A DNA stretch of 64,000 nt from positions 128,001-192,000 of the forward strand of contig CAWJKZ010000024.1 of NCBI GenBank assembly GCA_963843575.1. The letters are read 5' to 3'. The notes under the pieces are model-generated. The model ran no database searches and had not been told where the DNA came from. It worked only from the letters and a program-made list of their open reading frames with translations. Source of the DNA: an uncultured Acidobacteriota bacterium. Its GTDB lineage: Bacteria > Acidobacteriota > UBA6911. Below are positions 50,374 through 64,000 of the stretch, in pieces. How positions within the stretch are numbered: the first letter of the stretch is position 1; every line of letters starts with the position of its first letter. The position numbers were made by a program, and so were the translations under genes.

Positions 50374-50625
50374 CAGCCGCCGCACTCCAAACTGCGATTC
50401 AGACAGTGCGCAGGCGACTCAAAATCCCTCGGACGCGGACGAACGCTGGCAAAGCTCGACGGAGCGCCCCGTCGAGCTTTGCACACGGCCGCGGGCTGCC
50501 ACCATGTAGAAATCCGCGTTCATCCGCGCAAATCCGCGTCCTGGAAACGTTAGCGTATTTCTGAACACGAGTACTTGGGGTTCGCGCAAGAATGAGTTCA
50601 CATTTTGGCGCGAGCCCCAAGCTAC
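50374..50625. repeat. Cluster of palindromic repeats upstream of secA
   Basis: Family B half (GCCGCCGCACTCCA ~50376); family A unit 50431-50541 enclosing a perfect 14-bp hairpin 50449-50482; GTA(G)CTTGGGG-type inverted pair 50571-50625. Confidence 0.75.
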
Positions 50626-50764
50626 AACGTAAGTCCGCGAGAACCCGCGTTCCAGGAAGTTTGCAGGATCCCCAGTGTCTGAATCGCCGACTCCAAACCT
50701 CTGAATTGACTGCACCATGCCCGTCTGTTAGATTAGCAAGTTTATACCGGGCGGAGCCTCCTTC

Positions 50765-53438
<2,674 letters not shown>

Positions 53439-53517
53439 GTGCCTGCGTCGGGTTTCCGCCGATCCCGCCCGGACAGGCTTCGAGGCCCGAACTTCATTCC
53501 GATCGACAGAAAAAGCC

Positions 53518-55735
<2,218 letters not shown>

Positions 55736-55757
55736 ACCTGAGTCCAGGAGCTGGTTT

Positions 55758-56315
55758 ATGAGATGCGAGGACGTCAAGGAACGATTTGTCGAGCTGTTGT
55801 ACGACGAGCCGGGTACCCCCCCGGCCAGTCCGGAACTGCGGGGCCACCTCGCTTCCTGCCCGGCCTGCCGGCGGGAGCTCGCGGAGCTCCAGGAAACCAG
55901 GTCGGCCCTGGCCGCCTGGACGGACGAGGCACCCCTGCGCCCGATCCTGCTGCCGCGCGCGGACCGCGCGTCGACCCCTCGCCGGCCGATGTTTTTCCGG
56001 TACCTGGGCTACGCCGCGGCCGCCGCCGCCGTCGCGCTGGCCTTCCTCGCGCTCGCCAACGCCGAGATAACGTGGAACCGCGACGGCCTGGCGTTTCGCA
56101 CGCACCTGTTTTCCAGCCCCGGCGTGCCGCGGGAAACCTACACCAAGGCCGAGGTCCGCTCCCTCCTCAAAGCCGTGGTCGACGACACCGAGAGCCGCGT
56201 TATGGAGACGAATTACCTGATGATGCAGCGCATGATGGACACCATCGAGGAGGACCGCCGGCTGGACTGGCGCCTGGTGCGCACGGAAACTGCCCGGAAT
56301 CACAACAAGAACTGA
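55758..56315 (+). CDS. zf-HC2 (ZAS) anti-sigma factor, single TM
   Basis: MRCEDV..HLASCPAC (HxxxCxxC), then TM AAAAAVALAFLAL. Confidence 0.85.
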   Translation: MRCEDVKERFVELLYDEPGTPPASPELRGHLASCPACRRELAELQETRSALAAWTDEAPLRPILLPRADRASTPRRPMFFRYLGYAAAAAAVALAFLALANAEITWNRDGLAFRTHLFSSPGVPRETYTKAEVRSLLKAVVDDTESRVMETNYLMMQRMMDTIEEDRRLDWRLVRTETARNHNKN

Positions 56316-56358
56316 AGATCCCGGCCTCAACGACCCCCGGGGCTCATGGAGACGAATA

Positions 56359-56946
56359 ATGAACGCGGAATTGAAGCGAGGGCTCTTTTCCAGTATTTTG
56401 TTGGTTGGGTTTTTGAGCGCGCCCCTGGCAGGCCAGGCCGGGCGGGGAGCACAGGACGGCGAGAAAGTAGACTTCTCCTCCGCCCGCCAGGAAATTCAGG
56501 GCTTTGAGTCCACCATCAACAACGTCATAAATGCTGCGTTCACGAGCCCGTTCGCTCTGAATCAGAAGGCAAAGGGCGTCTACCTGCCGGGGTATGGTTT
56601 TAGTTTCAACTTCCTGGTCAACATTCACCGGGCCCTGATCAACACGCCGTTCGGCGAACTCAGGAGCGGGGCGCAGATCACGCCGGAGCAGAAGAAGCGG
56701 CGCATCGAGGATCTGAAGAAGAAGCTCATCCGGACCCTGTTCGACGGCGGCGACGGCCTGCGACAACTGCCACGGGGCGAGGCGGTCACCATCGTGGCGT
56801 TTTTCGAGGACCGGAATTTCCCCGATGAGCCGAGTGAGAACAAGACCATCGTCCTGACCGTCCTCAAGAAGGACCTGGACGAACTTGGGCACAAGGAAGA
56901 CACGCTCAAGGAATTCGAGCAGAGGGTTAAGATCGTTGAGTATTAA
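56359..56946 (+). CDS. Secreted hypothetical protein
   Basis: Signal peptide; GVYLPGYGFSF; third gene of the ECF cassette. Confidence 0.75.
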   Translation: MNAELKRGLFSSILLVGFLSAPLAGQAGRGAQDGEKVDFSSARQEIQGFESTINNVINAAFTSPFALNQKAKGVYLPGYGFSFNFLVNIHRALINTPFGELRSGAQITPEQKKRRIEDLKKKLIRTLFDGGDGLRQLPRGEAVTIVAFFEDRNFPDEPSENKTIVLTVLKKDLDELGHKEDTLKEFEQRVKIVEY

Positions 56947-58666
56947 AGTCGAGGCGCTGAAGGCGAGGAAGCCGCTCGGCCAGGTCTTTCTGGAACGCGG
57001 CCTGGTGGATGAGGAGGAGTTGCGGACCGCGCTCAACCTGCAGGTCGAGTCGCGCGAAAAGATCGGCAAGCTCCTCGTCGACCTCGGGTACATCTCCGAA
57101 AAAGACTGCCTGGCAATCGTGTCCGAACACCTCGGGATTCCGTCGGTCACCGGGGCGGATTACCCGTCGGTGCCAGTGCTCGAGAACGTCCTGACTTACC
57201 GGTTCATGAAACAGTGCAAGTTCGTCCCCATGGCACTGGAAGACGACCTGCTGACACTGGCGATGACCGACCCGCTCGATTACGCCACGGTCGACTCCGT
57301 GCGGCAGGCGACCGGCTACCGCATCCGCGCGGTTGCTCGGGTGCCGAGAGCGAGATCATGGACGTCCTCGAGAAACTCTACGGCTCGGCCGCGAGCTCGT
57401 TCGGGCGCATCATCGAGGGCATCGACGACGGCAACATCGAGAGCCTCTCCGACGAGATCGAGGACATCGAACAGCTGAAGGATCTCGCCTCGGAGGCTCC
57501 CGTCATCCGCCTGGTGAACCTGATCATCTCCAAGGCGATCGAGGCCAGGGCGAGCGACATTCACATCGAGCCGTTCGAAAAGGACCTGAAGGTGCGCTAC
57601 CGGATCGACGGCATCCTGCACGACGTCGAGTCCCCTCCGAAGAAGCTGAAGGCCGCCGTGATCAGCCGCGTCAAGATCATGGCCAAGATCAACATCGCCG
57701 AGCGGCGACTGCCCCAGGACGGCCGCATCAAGCTGAAGGTGCTCGGCCGCGACATCGACCTGCGCGTCTCCACCCTGCCCACGCTCTACGGCGAGAGCGT
57801 GGTCATGCGTATCCTCGACAAGAGCAACACCAGCCTGTACGACATCCGCCGGCTGGGATTCCCCGAGGATGCGCTGCGCGATTTCGAAGGCGCTGATCCG
57901 GCGCCCGCACGGCATCATGCTCGTCACGGGGCCGACCGGCAGCGGGAAGACCACCACCCTGTACAGCGCGCTGGACACCATCAACCTCCCCGACAAGAAG
58001 ATCATCACGATCGAGGACCCGATCGAGTACCAGATGGACGGCATCAACCAGATCCAGGTCCAGGCCCAGATCGGGCTGACGTTCGCGGCCGGGCTGCGGC
58101 ACATCGTGCGGCAGGACCCGGACGTGATCATGGTCGGCGAGATCCGCGACCTGGAGACGGCCGAAATCGCCATCCGCGCGGCGTTGACCGGACACCTCGT
58201 CTTCTCCACGCTGCACACCAACGACGCCCCCAGCGCCATCACGCGCCTGGTCGACATGGGCGCCGAGGATTATCTCATCGCTTCCTCGCTCCTGGGCGTG
58301 CTGGCGCAGCGCCTCGTGCGCGTCATCTGCCCGCACTGCAAGGAGGAGGTTTTTCCCGTGCCGGAAATGCTGGACGAGATCGGGTTCCGGCGCGGGAACG
58401 GCTATCGCGGCCCGAACCGCTTTTTTGAAGGCAAGGGTTGCGAGCGCTGCAGCAACACCGGGTTCATCGGCCGCATCGGCATCTACGAGCTGATGATCAT
58501 GAACGACGAACTGCGCAAGCTCACCATCGGCAAGGCCGACTCCAACCAGATCCGCAAGAAAGCGGTCGAGTTCGGGATGCGCAAGTTGCGCGACGACGGC
58601 TGGCTCAAGGTCCGCGAGGGCACCACCAGCATCTCGGAGGTCCTGCGCGTAACGCAGGACGCCTGA
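56936..58666 (+). CDS. gspE: Type II secretion ATPase GspE (two frameshifts)
   Basis: KPLGQVF N-domain, [38 protein letters not shown], two CxxC. Confidence 0.92.
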
Positions 58667-58678
58667 GCCTGAGGTAGC

Positions 58679-59905
58679 ATGGCGGCATATATATACAAGG
58701 CATCGACGATCGACGGGAAGATCGTGGAAGGGACGATGGAGGCGGCCGACAACGGCGCGGCGTCCCTGAAGCTCCACGACATGGGCCTGCTGCCGATCCG
58801 GGTCGGCCCGGCCGGCGGCCGGAGCGCCCTCAATCGAGAGATCGAGTGGCCCTGGAAGCGCAAGCGCCGGGTGAGGCGCAAGGACCTGCTGGTGTTCACC
58901 CAGGAACTTCACACCCTGGTCGCGGCCGGATTTCCCCTGGACCGCACCCTCAGCGTCCTCGGTCAGCTTGCCGAGAGCCCCGCCCTCTCCGAGGTGATCC
59001 AGGGGGTGCTCAAAGAGGTCAAAGGGGGCAAGTCCTTCTCCGAAGGGCTGGGCAAATACCCCGAGGTCTTCCCCAAGGTCTACGCCAACATGGTCAAGGC
59101 CGGCGAGGTCGGCGGCGCGCTGCAGGAAGTGCTCGGCCGGCTGGCGCAGTTCCTCGAGACCAGCGAGAACCTGCGCTCCTACATCGTCGGCGCCCTCATC
59201 TACCCGGCGCTGCTGTCGGTGGTCGGCATCGCGAGCGTCACCATCCTCACCCTGTTCGTCGTCCCCAGGTTCGCTTCCATCTTCCAGGACATGGGGCTGC
59301 CGCTCCCGCTGCCGATGGCCATACTGAAGGGACTGAGCGACTTTCTCATGCAGCTACTGGTGGCTGGTGATCATCGCGGCGGGGCTGGTGATCTATTACC
59401 TGAAGCGCTTCCGTTCCAGCCCCGAAGGCCGCCTGAAGATGGGACCGCTGGCTGCTGCGCACTCCCCTGCTGGGGAAAGTGCTGCGCAAGGTCGAGGTGG
59501 CGCGCTTCTCCAGGACGCTCGGAACGCTCCTGCACGGCGGCGTCCCGCTGTTGCAGGGAATGACGCATCGTGCGCGATGTCGTCGGCAACCAGGGCATCG
59601 CGACCATGATCGACCCGATCCGCAACGGAATCAAGAAAGGGGAGGGGATCGCCCAGCCCATGAAGCAGAGCGGAGTGTTCCCGCCCCTGGCCATGCACCT
59701 GATCGAGGTGGGCGAGGAGTCGGGGAAGCTGGACGCGATGCTGCTCCAGGTCGCCGACGTCTACGACAACGAGGTGCGCGACGGCGTCAAGAACCTGATC
59801 GCGTTTTTCGAACCGGCGCTGATCCTGGTCATGGGCATCATCATCGGCACCATCGTCGTGTCGATGCTGCTGGCCATCTTCAGCATCAACGACATTCCCC
59901 TCTAG
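58679..59905 (+). CDS. gspF: Type II secretion platform protein GspF (frameshifts)
   Basis: FTQELHTLVAAG, AGEVGG, ALIYP, VGEESGKL, FEPALI. Confidence 0.9.
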
Positions 59906-60058
59906 CGGGCCCCTGGCGCCCGCCCGGGGGGAGGCGGTCCCTTGCCCGGACGCATTCGTCCGGATGGTATCATTACCGGGATAATCCCGAGCCCGAACGG
60001 GGAGTTCGTTCCGACATTCTCCGCCGCCTCAAGTGCACTGCGGAAAAGGGAGGCATTT

Positions 60059-60484
60059 ATGTCCGTCGATTCGAGGGATCGCAGGTCCGAGAAGGGCTTC
60101 TCTCTCATAGAGTTGATCGTGGTGCTCGTCATCCTGGGCCTGCTCGCGGCCGTGGTGGGCCCGCGCGTTTACGACAAGCTGGCAAAGGGCAAGGAGCAGA
60201 TCGCGAAAATCCAGATCAAGGAGCTCGAGGGGGCCCTGCAGCTCTTTTCCTTCGACGTCGGCCGATATCCGACCACGAGCGAGGGGCTCGAAGCGCTGAT
60301 CCACAATCCCGGCAGCATGGATTCCTGGAAGAGCCCCTACCTGAACAAGGCGGAGTTGCCCAAGGACCCGTGGGGCAAGCCGTACCTCTATCGTTCGCCG
60401 GGCCAGCACGGCGACTTCGACCTGCTGTCCTACGGACCCGACGGCGTCGAGGGTGGCGAAGACGACGTCGTCAGCTGGAAGTGA
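60059..60484 (+). CDS. gspG: Major pseudopilin GspG
   Basis: G|FSLIELIVV, DVGRYPTTSEGLEAL, PKDPWG, SYGPDG. Confidence 0.95.
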   Translation: MSVDSRDRRSEKGFSLIELIVVLVILGLLAAVVGPRVYDKLAKGKEQIAKIQIKELEGALQLFSFDVGRYPTTSEGLEALIHNPGSMDSWKSPYLNKAELPKDPWGKPYLYRSPGQHGDFDLLSYGPDGVEGGEDDVVSWK

Positions 60485-60490
60485 CCTGAT

Positions 60491-60973
60491 ATGAGGAGCG
60501 CAGGGCGGCAATCGGGGTTTTCACTCCTCGAGTTGATCATGGTCGTGGTGGTGATCTCCCTTGTCCTGGCGGTCACCTACCCCTCGCTGTCGCGCGGCAA
60601 CGCCACCCTGCACCTGCGCACCTCGGCCAGGGACGTGCTTAACGTCATGCGCTACGCGCGGGAGAAGGCCATCACGGAGCAGACGGAGATGAGGGTCGTG
60701 GCGCAGCGCGAAAGCGGGACGATCACGATGACCGATGGCTACGGGGACGGAGGCCGCCCGTATGTGCTCCCAACCGGGATCCATCTGGCCGGCCTGGCCC
60801 TGGGGGGCCAGGAGATCCTCGACGGACCGCTCGTCATCCGTTTTCTGCCCAACGGGAGCTCCGTGACGGCGGAGCTCGTGCTGGCTTCGGACAAGGGCGG
60901 AGCGCTGCGCATCGTGACCGACCCGGTGACCGGGGGCGCCCGCGTCGCGCGCCGCGAGGAGGGGATGCCGTGA
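60491..60973 (+). CDS. gspH: Minor pseudopilin GspH/FimT-like
   Basis: G|FSLLEL, IRFLPNG. Confidence 0.82.
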   Translation: MRSAGRQSGFSLLELIMVVVVISLVLAVTYPSLSRGNATLHLRTSARDVLNVMRYAREKAITEQTEMRVVAQRESGTITMTDGYGDGGRPYVLPTGIHLAGLALGGQEILDGPLVIRFLPNGSSVTAELVLASDKGGALRIVTDPVTGGARVARREEGMP

Positions 60974-61437
60974 CACTGCGCAAGACCGCGGACCCCGGCG
61001 GTTTCACGCTGCTCGAGGTGCTCGTCACGCTCGCGATCCTGTCGGTCGGGACCGCCCTGGCGCTGTCGCTCATCTCGGGCGCCCTGGGCAACATCCGCAA
61101 GGTGCAGCTCAGGACACGGACTATTCAGCACGCGGAGACGGTCATGGAGATGAGCCTGCTGGACGATTCGATCGTGCGGCCGACAACCCTCACGGGTGAT
61201 TTCGAAGACGGCACCCGTTGGGCCCTGAGGGTGGAAGAGGTGCTGACCCCGCCACCCGCGAACCAGACGACGCTGCAGACCCAGCAGTTCGAGATGCCCG
61301 TGAAGATGTTCAGCTACGCGGTCGAAGTCTCTGCCCCCGAGTCGAACACCGCGGACTTTCGCCTGCAGACGCTCAAGCTCGTCAACGTGCGACAGCAGGA
61401 GCAGCAACAACAACCACCACTCGGGTTGCCAAGATGA
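60970..61437 (+). CDS. gspI: Minor pseudopilin GspI-like
   Basis: G|FTLLEVLV; operon position. Confidence 0.78.
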   Translation: MTLRKTADPGGFTLLEVLVTLAILSVGTALALSLISGALGNIRKVQLRTRTIQHAETVMEMSLLDDSIVRPTTLTGDFEDGTRWALRVEEVLTPPPANQTTLQTQQFEMPVKMFSYAVEVSAPESNTADFRLQTLKLVNVRQQEQQQQPPLGLPR

Positions 61438-62311
61438 TATTCGGGACGCGCAGGCGGGATTCCAGATTCGCGGGCGGCGCCGCGGGGGCCGTTGCGCCGC
61501 CCCGCGTGCCTGCGGCCGCCCGTCGCCCGGGACCGAGGCCTGGCGGGATCGCGACCAGGCTCAGCCGGGATCGAGCCGCCGCACCGAGCAGGGGTTCACC
61601 CTGCTCGAGATGCTCGTCGCCGTCACTCTGGTCGCGGTCATGGCGGTCGCCCTGTGGGCCGTCTTTCGGATCAGCATCAATTCGTGGATCCGCGGCACGG
61701 AGTTTATCGACACCAACCAGCGCAACCGGAGCATCCTGGACCTGGTGAAGAAACAGATGGCCTCGATCTACGCGGTCAACGCCCCGGCCGACCTGCAGAG
61801 CCGGCGGGGCGGTCTACCCGATCTTTTTCGGGACCGACAGCGAGCGTGCAGTTCGTCAGCCTGAACTCGCTTCGCTTCCAGGACAACCCCGGGCCTGACG
61901 ATGGTCTCGTACGACGTCGTCGGCGACCGCCGCGGGCGGGTATTCGGTGGTCGAGCGGGAGAAGCAGTATCTGGGACTCGATCCGGGACGCGAGAGCATT
62001 TTCGACGAACGCAACGAGCCGGTGACCGTCATATACGACAACCTGATGTCGTTCATGTTCGAGTATTTCGACGCCGGGTCGCCCACGCAGCCGCCCCGCT
62101 GGGTGAAGGAGTGGAATCCCCGCGAGACCCGGGAGATGCCCACGGCAATATCGATGACGATGATCTCCCGCGACGGCAAGGGGGGACTTCTGAACAGGCA
62201 CATGGTCGTGCCGATCCTGGCGAAGGCCTACGACGCGCGCCTGAGTTCGTCAACCCCTTCGACTCGCGCCCAAGGAGGTACCGCGACGATGACCCGCGTG
62301 CGACGCGATGA
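61434..62311 (+). CDS. gspJ: Minor pseudopilin GspJ-like (frameshifts; start uncertain)
   Basis: G|FTLLEMLVAV at ~61592; fragments in several frames. Confidence 0.7.
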
Positions 62312-63291
62312 GCGCGGCGTGATTCTGATCGCGCTCCTCTGGATCCTGACGGCGATCGCCGTCATAGCGCTGAGCTTTTCCCGGGAGAGCTTCGTCGAGG
62401 TGGCCGCGGCCCGCAACGCCCGCGACCTGGCCGACAGCTACTTCATCGCCCGGGCCGGGATCTCGGCGACCGTCTACAAGCTGATCGAGAGACGGTACGT
62501 CCCGCGCGTGCGCCAGCTGCAGCTCGACACGGCCGCCCGAGCCGATCGATCTCGGGAGAATTTCCGAGCCGTTCGGCGACGGCGTGTACGATGTGGATAT
62601 CCAGGACGAATCGGGTAAGCTGAACCTGAATCTACGCGGACGAGGAACAACTCCGGCTGCTGATGGCTGCGGCGGGCATCGACAAACGGGACGGCGACGA
62701 TCATCGTCGATTCCATCCTCGACTGGCGCGACGCGGACAACCTGCACCGCGTCAACGGCGCGGAAGACGATTACTACCAGTCGCTACCCGACCCCGTACA
62801 AGACCAGGAACGGCCGATCGAAACGGTGGAGGAGTTGCTGCTGATACGCGGGGTGACCCGGGACTATTTTTACGGTCACCCCGAGAAGGCGCCCGGACGG
62901 GACGCCGGTGTACCGATACGGGCTCTGGCGGTTTTTCACCGTCTACGGGCCGCCGGGGCAGCGGGTGAACGTCAACTTCGCGCCCGTTCGAGGTGCTGAT
63001 GTCGATTCCCGGCATGCCGCCGCAGGCCGCACAGGCCATCATCGAACGCCGCAAGGTGAAGCCCTTCGCGACCGTCGAGGAGGTGACCAAGGAAGTGCCG
63101 GTGACGCTCCCGCCCGTCGGTCTGGCGCTACTCTGGACGGAGCAGACCGGCATCTACACGCTGACGGCGTCGGCTCATCGCGAGAGACTCCAAGGTGCGC
63201 CGCGTCATCCGGACCGTGCTCACCCTCGACCCCCGGGAGTCGAAGGGATACAAGGTTCTTTTACTGGAACGAGAATGTGCCTGTCCTGTGA
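62289..63291 (+). CDS. gspK: Pseudopilin GspK (frameshifts)
   Basis: ERG|VILIALLWIL (no E5), DESGKLNLN, ILDWRD, VNVNFAP. Confidence 0.85.
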
Positions 63292-63315
63292 GGCACGGTT
63301 AAGGCCATAGAAACG

Positions 63316-64000
63316 ATGATTTACCTCAAGACAAGCGTCGGGATGGAAATCAGGGACGACGACCTGCTGGTGTCGTCCCTGCAGAGCAACTTCGCCGCGG
63401 GAGTGTTCACGCATTTCGCGCGGATCCGCAATTTCCGCACCCGCGACCGGGCGGAGGTACGCCGCGAGCTGGACGCCTTTTTCAAGTCGAACCGGCTGAC
63501 GCGCGACAACGTCGTGCTCGGGATCCCCCGCCGCGACATCGTGATCCGCCACCTCGACCTCCCGGTCGAAGTGGCGGACAACCTGAAGCAGGTGGTCGAG
63601 TACCAGGTCCAGTCGTTCGAGCCCACCGAGGAGGAGCGGTTCAGCTACGATTTCGCCCCTCTTCGCTCGGCAAAAAACGCCAAGCGCCTCTCCGTCCTGC
63701 TGGTGATGGTCAAGAAGTCGCTGCTCGACGCGCAGCTCGACCTGCTGCGCGAGCTTGGGGTGCGTCCCGTGGCGGTCACGGGCGGCTCTCTCGGGCTGAT
63801 CAACCTGTTTCTGCACAACAGGAAGGATCTCGAGGGCAAGACCTTTTTCGTCGCCGACCTGACACCGACGGGCCTCGAACTGGCCGCCGTCCGCAACGGG
63901 TCGCTCGCCTACAGCCGCCACGCCGCGAAGCCCGAGGCCGCACCCTGGAAGGATGTCCTGCTCGCGGAAGTGGACCTCGCGGCCGGCAAGGTCGGGCTGG
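63316..64000 (+). CDS. GspL/PilM-like assembly protein (runs off window end)
   Basis: MIYLKTSVGMEIRDD..VVLGIPRRDIVIRHLDLP; position after gspK. Confidence 0.7.
   Translation, partial: MIYLKTSVGMEIRDDDLLVSSLQSNFAAGVFTHFARIRNFRTRDRAEVRRELDAFFKSNRLTRDNVVLGIPRRDIVIRHLDLPVEVADNLKQVVEYQVQSFEPTEEERFSYDFAPLRSAKNAKRLSVLLVMVKKSLLDAQLDLLRELGVRPVAVTGGSLGLINLFLHNRKDLEGKTFFVADLTPTGLELAAVRNGSLAYSRHAAKPEAAPWKDVLLAEVDLAAGKVGL

Noticed and set aside
59942-59973. Internal gspG promoter TTGCCC...TATCAT
   Set aside because: 20-bp spacer is too long to support a call

Overview
High-GC bacterial chromosome segment. Gene content (Oar-like TonB receptor, hpn genes with paired Zn-dehydrogenases, candidate GTTC-N7-GTTC-type LexA box) suggests Acidobacteriota; this is inference. 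Left to right: MFS, PiT and GltP transporters; a Tat-signal aldo/keto reductase; an MrfA/MrfB-like helicase-exonuclease pair; a polyphosphate block (sixA, CHAD, two ppx, ppk1); an HpnG-like phosphorylase; an adaptor-TPR-MacB permease-TolC operon with no ATPase; an internally deleted IS110 element; hopanoid/isoprenoid genes; tRNA-Glu(CTC); sucCD-ndk; mrp; GT9; SDR; M1 peptidase; nagA-like; metallophosphoesterase; sigma54 two-component pair; TonB receptor; decayed MOSC/higBA fragments; tmRNA; M23 peptidase; secA; guaB; ECF sigma/anti-sigma; and a type II secretion gspE-L operon running off the end. Frameshifts become frequent beyond ~40.4 kb and hit secA and guaB, so most are probably assembly indels. 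The most interesting signals are non-coding. (1) The IS110 remnant sits between two inverted arms of a 9-bp-period palindromic repeat and keeps a pseudo-symmetric structured 3' non-coding region with short matches to its own junctions (bridge/seekRNA candidate). (2) The sucC 5' leader has mutually exclusive hairpins around the RBS. (3) At least four families of intergenic palindromic repeats occur. All alignments and folds were done by eye.
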